Of a stretch of 64,000 bases of DNA, positions 43,740-58,507 are shown piece by piece. This DNA comes from the human T2T-CHM13v2.0 reference genome, Homo sapiens. Under the pieces are notes generated by a model, which worked only from the letters and a program-made list of their open reading frames with translations, ran no database searches and was not told where the DNA came from. Location: the NCBI RefSeq assembly GCF_009914755.1, contig NC_060927.1. One strand, 5' to 3'. The first letter of the stretch is position 1, and the number at the start of each line of letters is the position of its first letter. The position numbers were made by a program, and so were the translations under genes.

Positions 43740-43970
43740 CAATGTTCAATACTCAAAGTCCCCAGTGTTCTGGGGACTATACCAACCATTTTTCTACATT
43801 ATTTAATTTAATCCTCACAACAACCAGTGAGAAAAGTTCTATGATTCCTTTCTGTTTAACAGATTAAGACATTCAGACTCAGAAAGGTGATATAATTTAC
43901 CCCAGATCACACACTCCACTCCTGATTTGATGCCAGATCTGACTCACTGACCGTTAAGTTGCACTGCCTC
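43740..43970 (-). mobile_element. MIR SINE
   Basis: 'atttaatcctcacaacaacc', 'cagactcagaaaggtga...tttaccccagatcacac'. Confidence 0.7.
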
Positions 43971-45937
43971 TGAAGCACTAGAGATTTAATCAGATAATTA
44001 TATTCATGCCTTATCTGCTCTTTGCTGGTCTATAACCCCCACAAAGACAGAAATGCCAGTGCTCAAAGAACACCTTGAACATAATTATATGGTAGCCATC
44101 CAATAGATTTTTTTGAAAGTGAGTGAATGTATGAACAAATGAATGAATGGATAAGAAAAGAGGAAAATAAATGTTAACCGGGTTGAGGCATTTAGGATTT
44201 GGGTTTGGTGAATGGTGGTGCATATTTCTGTAAGGTTTTTTGTAGTGTTTTGTGATGACTTATAAAAAGTTGAAGTCTGGACTGCAAGGGAGTTAGTCAA
44301 AGAAGTTGCCCATGTAGAAATGAAATCTGTCAGTACCAGTTAAAGAACAGTCTGGTAAGCCCTGAAACCTAGTTATGACCTCTCAACAAATATTGTAGAA
44401 TAAGTGTCTGCACAAGAAAACACAATGATTTAGGAAATAATTTTCATGAACTAAAAATCTTAATTACTTAACTAAATATCACTATTTTATTTGAATGCCT
44501 TTAGAATTTTGAATACTGAAGAAACCTTGATTCTGCCTTTCAGTTTCAACACAAAGAAATGGAGCCTCAGAGAGATGATGGCCCTATCTAATGTTACACA
44601 GTTTGCTGTTAACAGAAATCCAAATACACTAATTCCCAGTCCAATACTCACTCCTTCACAACACATAGTCTCTATGTATATCCAATCATAGATAATCTCA
44701 TACATTTTATGACATGTAGACTAAAAAGGGATTTCTGCAGGCAGGATTAATGTCTTCCCAGTCTCTAGAGAGAAGAATGGTAAAGTCAAATAAGCAGGGA
44801 TCTAGGAAGCTTCAAGAACAAGCTGAAAACATGTTTCCCTCCTGTTAGCCTTGCTGACAGTTCCAGTGAATGCCAAATTTCCATAGTATTTGCAAGAGAA
44901 GCTGAGACTTTCTCTTTAGCCTGGATGGATTCTAATTTGGAACATTCTTCTATGGCAACCTATTGCCATATTATTTGACTTTATATTTGCACAATATTTA
45001 CAACTAGGTACCAGTAATATGAAATTATATTCATTATCTTTAATTTTCCCTATGACCTTGAAAATTAGGTACAATTATCATTCTTGTTTAATAGATGAAG
45101 TTAAAAAAAATAACTCAGAATGTATAAGAACACACCTGAGGTGACACGACTAATAAGATATAGGGCCAGATATCAAACCCAGGTCCTGGTGATGTCAAAG
45201 TCTTTGTTCTTGCCACACAGTGCAAAAAGACTGACAGAGCAGAATGATGCATCCTAATCAGCACATACTGTCACCAAGCTGGTCAGTAAGTGTTCTGGTT
45301 TGCTAGACAGTAAGAGGATCCTTTGTAGGAGAAATCTACGGTTAGAAAATCACTCTTTCATAGATAGGGGAGGGATATAAAAGCAGATGAAAGAGCGTCA
45401 GAAAAAAATAATCATAATTAAAAATAATTGATAACTTGTACAATCGCTTTACAAAGTATATTCTTATTTAATTCTTACAATAGCACTAAGAAGTGTGCAC
45501 TATATTCATTGTAGTTAAAAGTAAACAGTAGGAGGCTTTTAGACTTAGTGACTTATTTAAAGACACAGCTAGGAAATAGTGAGTCTTATTTCCAAGCCAA
45601 CTTTCTTAACCTGGAGGTTAAAAATCACCTTAAAATGGAAAGGAACAGAGAAACAAAAGAAAGTACCAGGTAATTGCACATGTAACAGGATAAGGTGAAC
45701 ACCAAGTTAAAATTTGCAGTTTTTACTTAAAGAGGAATCATTATTGTTAAAGACTAGTTTCAAAAAAAAGTAGTCTTTAAAACACCTTCTACAGTTCTAT
45801 AAAGCTAAAGTTGGAATTTTTTTCTTGTTGTGAGACTTAATAATATATAAGTTTCCAGTTATAAGAAATTACATTGTTTGTCTCTATGCAGAACAGTTTG
45901 TTTGGCATGAAATTGAGCAGTACGATTGTGTTTACTA

Positions 45938-46384
<447 letters not shown>

Positions 46385-46769
46385 TTAGTCTCTAGCTCCA
46401 AATCAGACTAATAACAAGAGAAAGATATAAGCCATGATGGATCTCATTCTCTGACCTGCATAGGAATTTGGGGGATTTCAATCCCACCCCTGCCCCATCC
46501 CTTTTGAGTTCATGAGTTGCCTAAAGCCTTTGTTCAAAGAAAGCAGCCTCACGGTTTACTAAGAAGTATATTTAGCTAAGATCGTCAGTGCCTACTATGC
46601 ACCTTGGCCTCTCTTCCCAAATTAAACATCTCTCCATGAAAACCCTAGGAACTTAGGAGTTACCTTCAGACACATGGGCTTTAAAAGAGACAGATAAGAT
46701 TTGAGTCCATCTCCACCACTTAGTTGTTTATGACATTAGAGAATATAGTAAGAACTTCAGGTCATCCTG

Positions 46770-47255
46770 AACTTCTTGGTATCCAGTCTCACCTTTTTCT
46801 ACAAAAATAGAATTTTTAGTTTGGCACACTGCCACCCAAAATACGGACAATGTAGTATTCCTAGCTTTCCTTGCAACTAATTCCTTTATATGTCCTATAT
46901 GACTAATTCTGCCCAGTTTAAATGAAAATGTCTTATGAGCAATTTCTCATAACTTCCTGAAGAGTAACCTTCCAGGTGTACTCTTTGCCCCTTGTTACTC
47001 ATCCTTTCCTTAACGCTGTTGCCTAAAACACAGATCCCTCCAGAAACAATGAGGCTAATGGTCACACCCAGTAGATGTCAGAATGGTGAACTGGTAAGAA
47101 TCTTGGTCTTTGTGGACTTGGAACAGAGCCACACTCTGCCGTCCAAACCCTGGACTAACATCTCTGCATAGTTACATGATACAGAAATAAGATTCCAAAT
47201 TACTTGTTATTTCAAGGTTTTCTTCTATTGCATTCAAACCTAATCTGAACTAACG
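46770..47255 (+). mobile_element. MLT1J-like LTR inserted in a MIR
   Basis: 'tcctagctttccttgcaact', 'tgactaattctgcc', 'ccctggactaac'; MIR halves at ~46660-46750 and ~47260-47390. Confidence 0.5.
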
Positions 47256-47899
47256 TAGTCAAGTTAAATAAAATAATAATAATAGTATGTTCATAGCTCA
47301 GAGGTTTATTTTGAGGATTACATGAGAAAATGCATGCAAATACAAACCTGGATAATAAGAATTAAATGTTAATCATTATTGTTAATATTATGATTGTATT
47401 TCTTGCCTATTGAAGACAACTTTCTTGTCATGCCTTGCCCAGAAATTATGATTTTTGAGGCATTTCCTCAGACTAAGATATTATTAGAAAAGATGTAAAT
47501 GTTCTTATTGAATTGCTGCAGTCTTCATAGCCAAGGCTATTTCTTTCTCCATACTAACAGAATTTTGTATAAAGAATAAAAGATCAGGGTTAGACTGCCC
47601 AGAAATTAGACTACCAGGTTTTTCTTTCTAACTCATCTTTTCCGGTATCTATTATCAGTCATAAGTGCTCTTGTCAATTAGAATATTATTGTATGATATT
47701 GTTCAGTTTTCAAGAATGCAGTCTGTTTTAAATTACGCTTAAATACATTATACTTTAGGATTGTCACTTCCTGGCACCTTAAAGTTGTTAGCAAATTATC
47801 TCCAAATGAAAACATAAAATGGATTATTTCTGGGAAGGGTTCTCAATAAGTGTATGTTGATTCTCTCACCTTTGTTACTAAATAATTTAGAATATAAGT

Positions 47900-48350
47900 T
47901 TCCTCCCTACTCATCACAGAGGTATAATGTTAAGTGCAAAACGAGTAGTGCTGAATCACGGGAGAGAGAAATTGCTGAGAACTGCACAAGCCAAGGAAAT
48001 TGTCACCAAAGGGACAGAACTTGATAGAAGAGTAAGATTTAGATTAAAAAAAGAAAAACGGAGCATTATAGTTAAGGGTACTAGTATGTACAGAGGGACA
48101 GAGACAGAGAGTAAGCCAACCTCGCTGAAGCAGCGTTTATATAGAAAGGCAGTCTCGGGTGTCAAAAAGGTACACTGAGATTGGAATGTGAGAGGCCTAG
48201 AATGCTAAGTGAAGAAATTTGGACTTTAGAGTCAATAGACAGCAATGACGGGTATTGAGCAAAAATGTGAATGAGCAAAATAATGGACTAACTTGTGGCA
48301 GTGAACTGGATTAATTTGAAGTGAAAAAGATAAAGAGAATGACTTAGGAG
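47900..48350 (-). mobile_element. L2 fragment (donor of the Alu insert), continuing at ~49570-49830
   Basis: 'gagcattatagttaagggtactagtatgtacagagg', 'gaagaaatttggacttt' match L2 reverse-strand motifs. Confidence 0.55.
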
Positions 48351-48351
48351 A

Positions 48352-49560
48352 CTTTTTAAAAAACAGCTTTATTCAATATAATTCACAGAACATAAAATTC
48401 ACCAACTTAAAGTCTACAATTTGATGATTGTTAGTATATTCAGATATTGCGCAACCATCATCACAACCTAAATTTAGAATATTTTTGTTTCTCCCTAAAA
48501 GAAATCTTGTACTCATTAGCAGCCAATCTCATTTTTCCCTACCTCATCAGCCCTTGCAACCAATAATCAAGAGACTTAATGTCTCTATAAATTTGCATAT
48601 TCTGGACATTTCATATAAATGGAATCACATGACATATAGTCTTTTATGACTGGCTTCTTTCACTTAGCATAATGTTTCTGAGAGTCATCTATGTTGTAGC
48701 ATGTATCAATATTTTATTTTTTTCTTTGCTAATAATAACCCATAACATGCATATACCACAATTTATTTATCTATTCATCAGTTGATTGACATTTTAAGTT
48801 GATTCCACTTTTAGACAACTATAAATAATGCTGCCATGAACATTTTTGCACAAGTTTTCATATGGACATATGTTTTTATTTCTTTTGAGTATATACATAG
48901 GATATTGCTTGGTCATATGATAGCTTTCTTTAGCATTTTGAGGAATGGTGAAACTGTGTTCCAAAGTAGCTACACCATATTGCATTTCTACCAGCAAAGT
49001 ATGAGGGTTTTAATTTCTCCACATCCTTGAAAACACTTGCAATTGTCTGCTTTTCTGAATATAGCCATCTTCGCAGGTAGGTGTGAAGTGGTATCTCATT
49101 GCATTTCCCTAATGACTAATAATGTTGAGTATCCATTCATGTGCTTATTGTCCCTCTGTACATCTTCCTTGGAGAAATGTCTATTCAGATCCTTGTGTTG
49201 TCTTTTTATTACTGAATTGTAAGAGTTATTTACAACTTAGTTATGTATTCTAGATGTAAGTCCCTTATCAGGTATCTGATTTGCAAATATTTACTCTCAT
49301 TCTGTGGATTGTATTTTTACTTTCTTGAGGTGAAAAGTAAAATTTTAACTATTTTTTCTTCTGTTTCTTTTGCTTTTACTGTCTGTCTCAAGCATCTATG
49401 CTTACCTTTCTTCTAGGAGTTTTATAATTTTAGCTCTTACATTTCGGTCTACAATCCTTTTAGAGTTAACTTTGTTACATACGTGGTGTAAGGTAGGGAT
49501 ACAACTTTCTGCTTTTGCATGTGGATATCCAGTTGCCCTATCACCATTTGTTAAAATAGT
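48352..49560 (-). mobile_element. L1MB LINE-1 3' end
   Basis: 'acagctttatt...ataattcac', 'ctggacatttcatataaatggaatca', 'ttggagaaatgtctattcagatcc'. Confidence 0.88.
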
Positions 49561-49915
49561 AGACTTGCACATACAATCTAAGTGTGTAATAATAAGGTCC
49601 TGACAATAGTAATGGGAACCACTAGGAAAACCTTATAAAGAATAAAGATTAGTGGTCAGGCAATGGGGAGGCAGGAGATGGGTATGACTAGGTAACCAGT
49701 TGAGTAGTGTTACCGCCAATATGAATAGGAAAGTCAGGGGAGGAAGAAGTTTTTAGAATAAGATGAGCTCTATTTCGGACATGTGAGTTCACATTGCCCA
49801 AGTGAAAACGTATAAAACATCTGAGAAGATGCCAAATGGTGATGTAATGCTGAGAGTATCCTTCATGGAGATGCTAACTAAGTACTTTTCCATAGGAAAA
49901 ATTTAGAGATTAAAC

Positions 49916-50905
49916 TGAAGGGGGCCAGCCCCTCCACACCTGTGGGTGTTTCTCGTCAGGTGGGATGAGAGACTGAGAAAAGAAATAAGACACAGAGACA
50001 AAGTACAGACAAAGAACAATGGGCCCAGGGGACCGGCGCTCAGCATACTGAGGACCTGTGCCGGCGCTGGTCTCTGAGTTCCCTCCGTATTTATTGATCA
50101 CTATCTCTACCATCTCGGGGAGGGGAATGTGGCAGGACTATAGGGCAATGGTGGGGAGAGGGTCAGCAGGAAAACATGTGAGCAAAGATCTCTGTGTCAT
50201 AAATAAGTTTAAGGAAAGGTGCTGTGCCTTGATGTGCACCTAGGCCAGATTTATGTTTGACTTTACACAAACATCTCGGTGCATTAAAGAGCAGTATTGC
50301 CGCCAGCATGTCTCACCTCCAGCCATAAGGCGGTTTTCTCCTATCTCAGTAAATAGAACGTATGATCGGGTTTTACACCTAGACATTCCATTCCCAGGGA
50401 CGAGCAGGAGACAGATGCCTTCCTCTTATCTCAACTTCAAAGAGGCCTTCCTCTTTCACTAATCCTCCTCAGCACAGACCCTTTACGGATGTTGGGCTGG
50501 GGGACAGTCAGGTCTTTCCCTTCCCACGAGGCCATATCGCAGGCTATCACATGGGGAGAAACCTTGGACAATACCCAGGCTTTCTTGGGCAGAGGTCCCT
50601 GCGGCCTTCCGCAGTGCATTGCGTCCCTGGGTACTTGAGGTTAGAGAATGGCGATGACTTTTACCAAGCATACTGCCTTCAAACACATTTTTAACAAAGC
50701 ACATCCTGCACAGCCCTAAATCCATTAAGCCTTGAGTCAACACAGCACATGTCTCTGCAAGCACAGAGTTGGGGCTAGGGTTACAGATTAACAGCATCTC
50801 AAGGCACAGGAATTTCTCTTAGTACAGAACAAAATGGAGTTTCTTATGTCTACTTCTTTCTACATAGACACAGTAACAGTCTGATCTCTCTTTCTTTTCC
50901 CCACA
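49916..50905 (-). mobile_element. HERV-K(HML-2) solo LTR, LTR5B-like, 990 bp
   Basis: Reverse strand starts tgtggggaaaagaaagagagatcagactgttactgtgtc and ends ggggctggcccccttca; perfect 6-bp TSD ttaaac (49910-49915, 50906-50911); AATAAA at 50090-50095 (minus). Confidence 0.95.
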
Positions 50906-50989
50906 TTAAACAATACCAAGAGCAACAATTTTATTAAGAGAAAAATAAGAGGCAGAATAAAATACATTTTTAAGTAATGTATTATGTAA

Positions 50990-51500
50990 TTTACCCATTC
51001 ACTCCTTCAATAAATGTTTATGGTACCCGTAACATGTACCAGGAACTACACCAACTACCCAGTGCCAAAGGAAACAACAATTGACATGGCCTTTGTCTTC
51101 ATGACACTTTCTATCTAGAGCAGCAAGATAGACAACTCACTGAACAATTGCAGTACAATGATAAATGCATGATGAAGAAAGACCAACATGCAACAGAAAG
51201 CACTCACCCCAGTCCAAGGGTGTCTTTAAAAGTGTTGGATGAACTTTTGCCTAACCTGAAACCTAAAGATTTAACAGAAAAAAGCCAAAGAAAGAAACAG
51301 GAGGGGCAGGGGAAGCATTCCAGGTAGAGGAAATAGAACATGTAAAGGAATGGAACATAGAGAATGTTGTTCTTTGGAAAAACTGCCAAAAGATGTCTGT
51401 TCTGGCCAGAGGCTCAACCCCGAAAGATAGGTGGTAGGAGGTGAGGTGAGACAGACAAGCCGCTAAATCATGAAAGGCCTGGTCAACTGTCCTCACGCCT
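50990..51500 (-). mobile_element. L2 LINE 3' end
   Basis: 'cattcactccttcaataaatgttta...tgtaccagg', 'gaagcattccaggtagaggaaatag'. Confidence 0.7.
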
Positions 51501-52339
51501 CCTGAACTTGCTCTCTCCTTTCATCAGAAAGTTCTATCACTCAGCCTTTGTCTTTTCTCACTCACCAGAACCAGTGCTCAGCTTCAACCTCAGGCTCTGC
51601 TTCCTTTAACACCTGGACACCTACCTTTGGACATGTCCCTCTGCTTGTGTCACCGTCCTCACCTACTCCATTTGTTTCCCTGTTAATACCGAAGAGTAGC
51701 ATGAGAACCATTGCTAGAGTTGGACTAATTCACCCACTCCAGGGGCTGGCCAACTCCCCATAGCAGCTTATCTGTTGAAGTGCTGTACCCGTAACCACTC
51801 CCAGGGGCTTCCTCAGCTTCTCCTGAAATGGTGATCCCACTACATGACAAACCCTTTCTCTCTGTCCTGGCAGAGATACCCATCTCTCTTTGTCCTGCAT
51901 TGGATATAGTTTTAAAGGATAGACTGGCATAGGGAAAAGAGCTTCCATTTTGAATCAGACAAGGCTGAATTCTAATACCAGCTTTGCCACCCATTGGCTA
52001 TGTGGGCATGCATGACTGACTTAATCTGAGTCTGGTTTCCTGACTTGCAAAATCAGGGTAATGCTTATTCAGGAGTTAGCATTTTAAATGAGAGAGATAG
52101 GCAAAGGGCGTGGCATGTAGTAAGTATTTAATTAATGCTGGTTTGTTTTCTTTCTGTATATGGCAAAGAGTTTCCCTTCTATGCCTCATATTTCTGCCTG
52201 GGCGCTCCAGTGTTTCCCCTGGGACTTGGATCCCTAAATTACCCACCATTCATATTTTACTCCTTATTGTGTCTTGCCCTTTAACCACACACACACACAC
52301 ACAAGCTTCTCCAGTCTTGAAAATATCTCAGCCTAATGT

Positions 52340-52515
52340 CCACCTCCTTTTCTCTTTTCTTTCTTTCTCTCTCTACATCTAACTCTCTTTCCCTCCTCTC
52401 CTACTTTTCTGTCTCTCTTCTTTCTGGTTGTGTCTGTCTCTCTCTCTCTCCCTTTTCTCTCCTAATTTTCTCTCTCTTTCTCTCTCTCTCTCTCTCTTTC
52501 TCTGCCCTCCTCCTC
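52340..52515. repeat. CT-rich low-complexity polypyrimidine tract, with (CA)n runs at 52286-52302 and ~52707-52729
   Basis: Nearly pure C/T over ~175 nt. Confidence 0.85.
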
Positions 52516-54250
52516 TGTCACATTTCCAGCTTTTCAAATGAATTTTCTATACTCACTGCTCCTATTACCTTACCACCCTCTCGCCTTTTCATTGCCTCCT
52601 ATCAAGTGTTTACTCCTTTTCCTGTCCTGAAATCTCTCTTTGGGAACTCCTTTTCCTGTTCTGAAACCTCACTGCCAAAAAAGGATGGCTTTTTCTCTTG
52701 GTATCATACACACACAACACACACACACATTACAAGATATGCCTTGACATGAAGACAAATCACTGAGAACAAAATCCTCTGTTTGGTTTAATATCTCACT
52801 GAGTGGTTGTTGTCTACTCTGAGGATATACATGTGTTTCATGTCCAGTTTCATGAACTGATTCGGAGATCAGAGATCTTGGGTTGCCTATAAGAAAAATG
52901 GTCCAACCCTTGATAGGAGGACTGATAGAAAATTCTACAAATCAGTAATAATTATAGAGCCTGAATCAAAGCAAATGCAAACCAAACAAAAACGCAAAGT
53001 GAAATAAAATTTGCCTTGGACACATGATTTAAGAAAGAGAATAAAATAGGCGATCGATTTAAAAGTTGAAATTGAAAAACAGAGGTTTTTGACAAAGAAA
53101 GTTCAAGTTAGAAATGTCAGATTTTCAGCATTATATTTTAAATTTATTTTTATGTAAAAATAATTCAAGTTGAGTTATTTGTTTTGAAAACTTGACTCCT
53201 GTCTTCACACTCTATCTGGGAAACAGATGTAAAAATAGCTCACTGCTACTTGAATAGAAGTGGCTATGGACTTTATGGGGATGGAGGTCCCTTATGTCCT
53301 CTATGTTTGAGGACTTGGCTCCACTGGTGATATCTCACCTTTCTAGAAGTTTATCTTAGCCACTTGATCTAATCACCTTCATCCCTCACTTGATGTCTGA
53401 GGAAACATCAATCTGAACCCATAGCAAGCTGCTGGCAGCCCAACATTGATGTTACTCCAGTGAATTTTCTTAAAAGGGAAGGTGGTGCTCATCCAAGGGA
53501 GATGAAAGTGATGGAAACACTGAGGGCCATCCAGCGACCTCAGCTGGACTCTAGTAACATATCCTCCTAGTTGTCCGGTTAAGATCAAACCCAGTGTGGC
53601 TAAGAGGAAAGTCTGCCAGGTTCAAGTATTAATAAAATAAAATGTATGAATTCACACATGCAGAAGAGAAAAGAATGAAGAGAATTAAACCTTAAATTTG
53701 GTAATGATTATATGGCTTAGGGAAAATTTTTATTTCACTCTTTATATTTTTCTGATTTCCAAATGTCCTGCAATGCACTGGTGTTGGTAAGATAATATAA
53801 AAAATTATAAAAGACAAAATTTAAAGGCTGTCTCTGATGATATAAAGAGAAGAGACATGAGTCTGTACTAATTGGGGAAAGTACGGATGAGGAAATTTGA
53901 AGCTATATCCAAAGTAGTTTTTTCATTGTATCCTTTCTCTCTGTTTCCACATTCACTTACCTCCCTGTTCTGGATCTGTATCACTAGATTATGGTAAACT
54001 ATCTTGCAATTTATTTCCTCACTTCCAAGCTGCACTCAAGACAGCCTCTCCCACACAGAAACAGCACATCCTGCTGCAAACACCGTCTTTGCCTGTCAAA
54101 CTCCTCTTTAGTCACTTATAATGACATCCTGTCACATCAGATTTCACTCAGAAGTTGTCTAGTATTCAGTAGCTTTTCTTAACTATTCCTTTGCAATATT
54201 TTCTTCTCCATTCCTACTTCTCACTAAAACTTAATGAGGCCTCTGTGTTT

Positions 54251-54417
54251 CAGTGATTCTCAAAGTGCAGTCTCCAGACCAAAAGTATAAGCATCACTTG
54301 GGAACTTGTTAGAAATGCCTAGGCTTGGGTGGGTGACACCCTAGACCTACTCAATCAGAAATTCCATGTTTTAACATCCAGGTATTTCTGGTACACATGA
54401 ATGTTTGAGAAGCTCTG
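54251..54417 (+). mobile_element. MER5A hAT-Charlie MITE
   Basis: 'cagtgattctcaaagtg...gcatcacttgggaacttgttagaaatgc...gtttgagaagctctg'. Confidence 0.8.
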
Positions 54418-54469
54418 AGCTAAACCAAACTGCTGGATTTCTTCAAATCTTGTTTGTTCATTTACACCT

Positions 54470-54975
54470 GGTTGTCTTTATTCATGGTTTGGAAGCCTGT
54501 AATGTGTCCACTTGGGTAGGATTAACTACATTTCCCAGAATTTCCTGACCTGTAGGTTTCTGGATAGATTGGGCCATGAGAGCTTGTAGTACAAGATTGG
54601 GAGAGCGGAAGTGCTGCAGCAGCCATTTATTTCGTGGCTCACACATGGTGTCATTTACCTGCTGACTCACGTCCTGGGTGTGGAGCAGCAGCTGGCTGTG
54701 CTGCTGTTCTACAATACTCTGAACTCTCCTTTACCTTCTCTGACCCCTGGGCCAGGCAGACATTCAGCTCCATAACAAAAGGCACCATCTTTTCCTGTGG
54801 ATACTCAAGGTCAGAGGCGGTGAGAACCACATGCTGTTTATGGGTCTCAACTTGTCTTTGTTCTCTCTACTTTATACCCATATTCTCTTCCCCACTGAAT
54901 GTCCCATGGACTCCAATCTCCGCAGGAGATGCAAAGACAACAGCCTTACAGCCCGAGCTGCAAGTGAGGTAGATG
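54470..54975. mobile_element. ERVL-class LTR (MER74/MER73-like)
   Basis: 'aactacatttcccagaatttcct', 'ttgggccatgagag', 'cagccttacag'; family assignment tentative. Confidence 0.5.
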
Positions 54976-55719
54976 TCTCCTCCCATGCACAAAAAGTGAA
55001 GGGCAGAGGCATACGGAGTGGTTCCTTTGCCCCCACCACAGGCCTCTGCCCCCATTTATTCCCCAATTTCTCCTCCACATTATTGCATGCTCATGGAAAC
55101 TCAGCTCAAATCCAAGCTCCAGGAAGCCTTCCAGATGAACCCTATTCCAATTCTGTTCTGTCTTTTCTAATTCTGAAAGGCATGCTGCCCTCCTTTGCAT
55201 TCTGTCTGGTAATTATTCTCAAGCTGTTTCACATATCTTTGTTTGTCTCCATATCTAGATTATGAGCAACTTTTGGCTATATTATATTCATTACACTTTG
55301 TAATGAACAACCTTCTCTTCCCAGGCTTCACATTCTTACTGGACTTTTGCCTTCACTTCCAGTGTTTCATATCAAAGCCGATGACTTTCAAACATCTATC
55401 TTCTATACTAATCTATTCCCTGAATTTCAAGCCACAAATCCAATTGCCTGCCATCATCTACATATAGATGTCCCTCAGGAACCTCATTTTTATGAACATC
55501 CAAAACTATGCTTGTCAGTAGCCAATCTCAGTGTTCTTGTGTTTCCAACTCAGGAGAACTGCACATGCATCCATCCAGCTGGCCAAATCCAAGCTATGAC
55601 CTGAGTGTTATCCTGGAGGCCTCACTCTTCTTTTTTCCCTAAACCCAATCCTATTACTAAATCATCTTAATTCTTCCTCCTTGGGTCTATTCACCTTTTT
55701 CCTTATATCACATACAATA

Positions 55720-55940
55720 TGCATAGTGACTAAAACCATGGACTGAAGAAAAAGGCTCAGGTAGACTTAAATTCCAGTTTTACTGGTTACTGCTTAGTAA
55801 GCCTCAATTTCTTTACCTGTAAAACGGGAAAATAATAGTACCTATCTCAAATGATTGTTGTGTCTATAAATACAGACGATTCTCATGAAGCCATACATAG
55901 CCCCTGTCACATGGCAAATAATCAATAAATATTAGCTATT
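55720..55940 (+). mobile_element. MIR SINE
   Basis: 'aagcctcaatttctttacctgtaaaacgggaaaataatagtacct'. Confidence 0.75.
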
Positions 55941-57154
55941 ATGATTCTTTCTGCTATTACTCTAAGCCAGATCACTCTCTCTTTCCTCGATTACATAACA
56001 GCTTCCTAATTGGTCTCCTTGCTCTGAAACTTCCTCTTCTCTCTGAATTATAAATGTAGAATCTAATAAAATGTCATAAGCATTCTCTGAAATACCATTA
56101 ATTGTTCCTCCAAATACCACATATATTTTAGAATGGTATTTTAAGTATATGAATGTTTTAGATGGGATAAACCTGATTAACAATTTCAAGAACTAGTGAA
56201 TTTAACATGAGGCCAAAATTCTACCTTTTGGAATTTGAAGTTTGAGAGGCACCAATTCACACAGACTTTCAGGAATAACCTTGAGGATCCTCGTAATTCC
56301 ATAAGGTATGTAAGCAGTACTGCTACTAAGTTATAAAACAGGTCCATTTTCCTGAGGCAGCCTATGGATGTCTGTGACTTTTCTACTTTTCTCTATCACC
56401 CAGACTGGAATGTCCTAGGATTGCATCAAGGAGATTCACCATATTCTTGTGAAGAGATATGCCTTCCCATAGCAATAAATGACTGTGACTGAGACAGACA
56501 AACTTAACAGCTGCACAGCAGATGGCTCTCCGTTGTGTTTTAGGTGACTGCTTGTATCGAATATTATAAAATTGGATGAAATTCTGCCAATTTCCTCTCA
56601 CAATTATAGAAGTGTGGAGTGAGGAAGTAAAAAGATTTAGTATTCATTAGAGTGAACAACCTTAATAAAATCTTCACTTTCCATTAAAAAAAAAAAAAGC
56701 TACATGTTTTCTTATAGCACCAGAACACTTTATTTGTACCTCTAATGAGGTCTGCCCTGAATTAAAATGATTTATATATGTTGCTTACCTTCCCCACTAG
56801 ACTGTGAGAAACTTGAAGACAATTGTATGTCGGATCCATCTTTGGTATTCCAGCACCTAGCAAACTTTTTTGCCTACAGTGTGTGCTCAGTGAATACTGA
56901 ATTAATGAACAACCAGATGAATAAATATGCCATTAAAATTTTCATAATTAAATCATACTTTATAATGAAGTGGAGCAAGTCACTATTTAAAGGTACTCTG
57001 TGGAAAATTGTTATATGTAATGCCAAATCTCCTCATTGTTTATCATGTATTTCATATATTAAGTTTACTTAATATAATACAATAAAAAATGCACAGCTTG
57101 AGCATCTGTTACCTTTCATTGATTGCTGAGGTACTGAAATACAAAGAAGAATGA

Positions 57155-58270
<1,116 letters not shown>

Positions 58271-58431
58271 AGATGTGTTCCTGACTTCAAGAGATGGTTT
58301 TTCTCTTTCATGGTAGAAAGGAACCGTATAACCAAATAATCACCATTCTACATCAGACCCTTATAAAATCTACCATGAAGTTTTACTTGTGAGGTACACC
58401 TTGAATATATGTATGTGTGTAAAATTATGTA

Positions 58432-58507
58432 TACATACATAGAGGGACAGCACTCTGATACTGTGCTTCCTGATATTGTACATACATAGAGGGACAGCAC
58501 TCTGATA
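58432..58507. repeat. Perfect 29-bp direct repeat with 18-bp spacer
   Basis: tacatacatagagggacagcactctgata at 58432-58460 and 58479-58507. Confidence 0.95.

Noticed and set aside
58432-58507. 29-bp direct repeats here and at 24395 as CRISPR-like repeats
   Set aside because: Only two units each, unrelated to one another, in a eukaryotic context with no cas genes.
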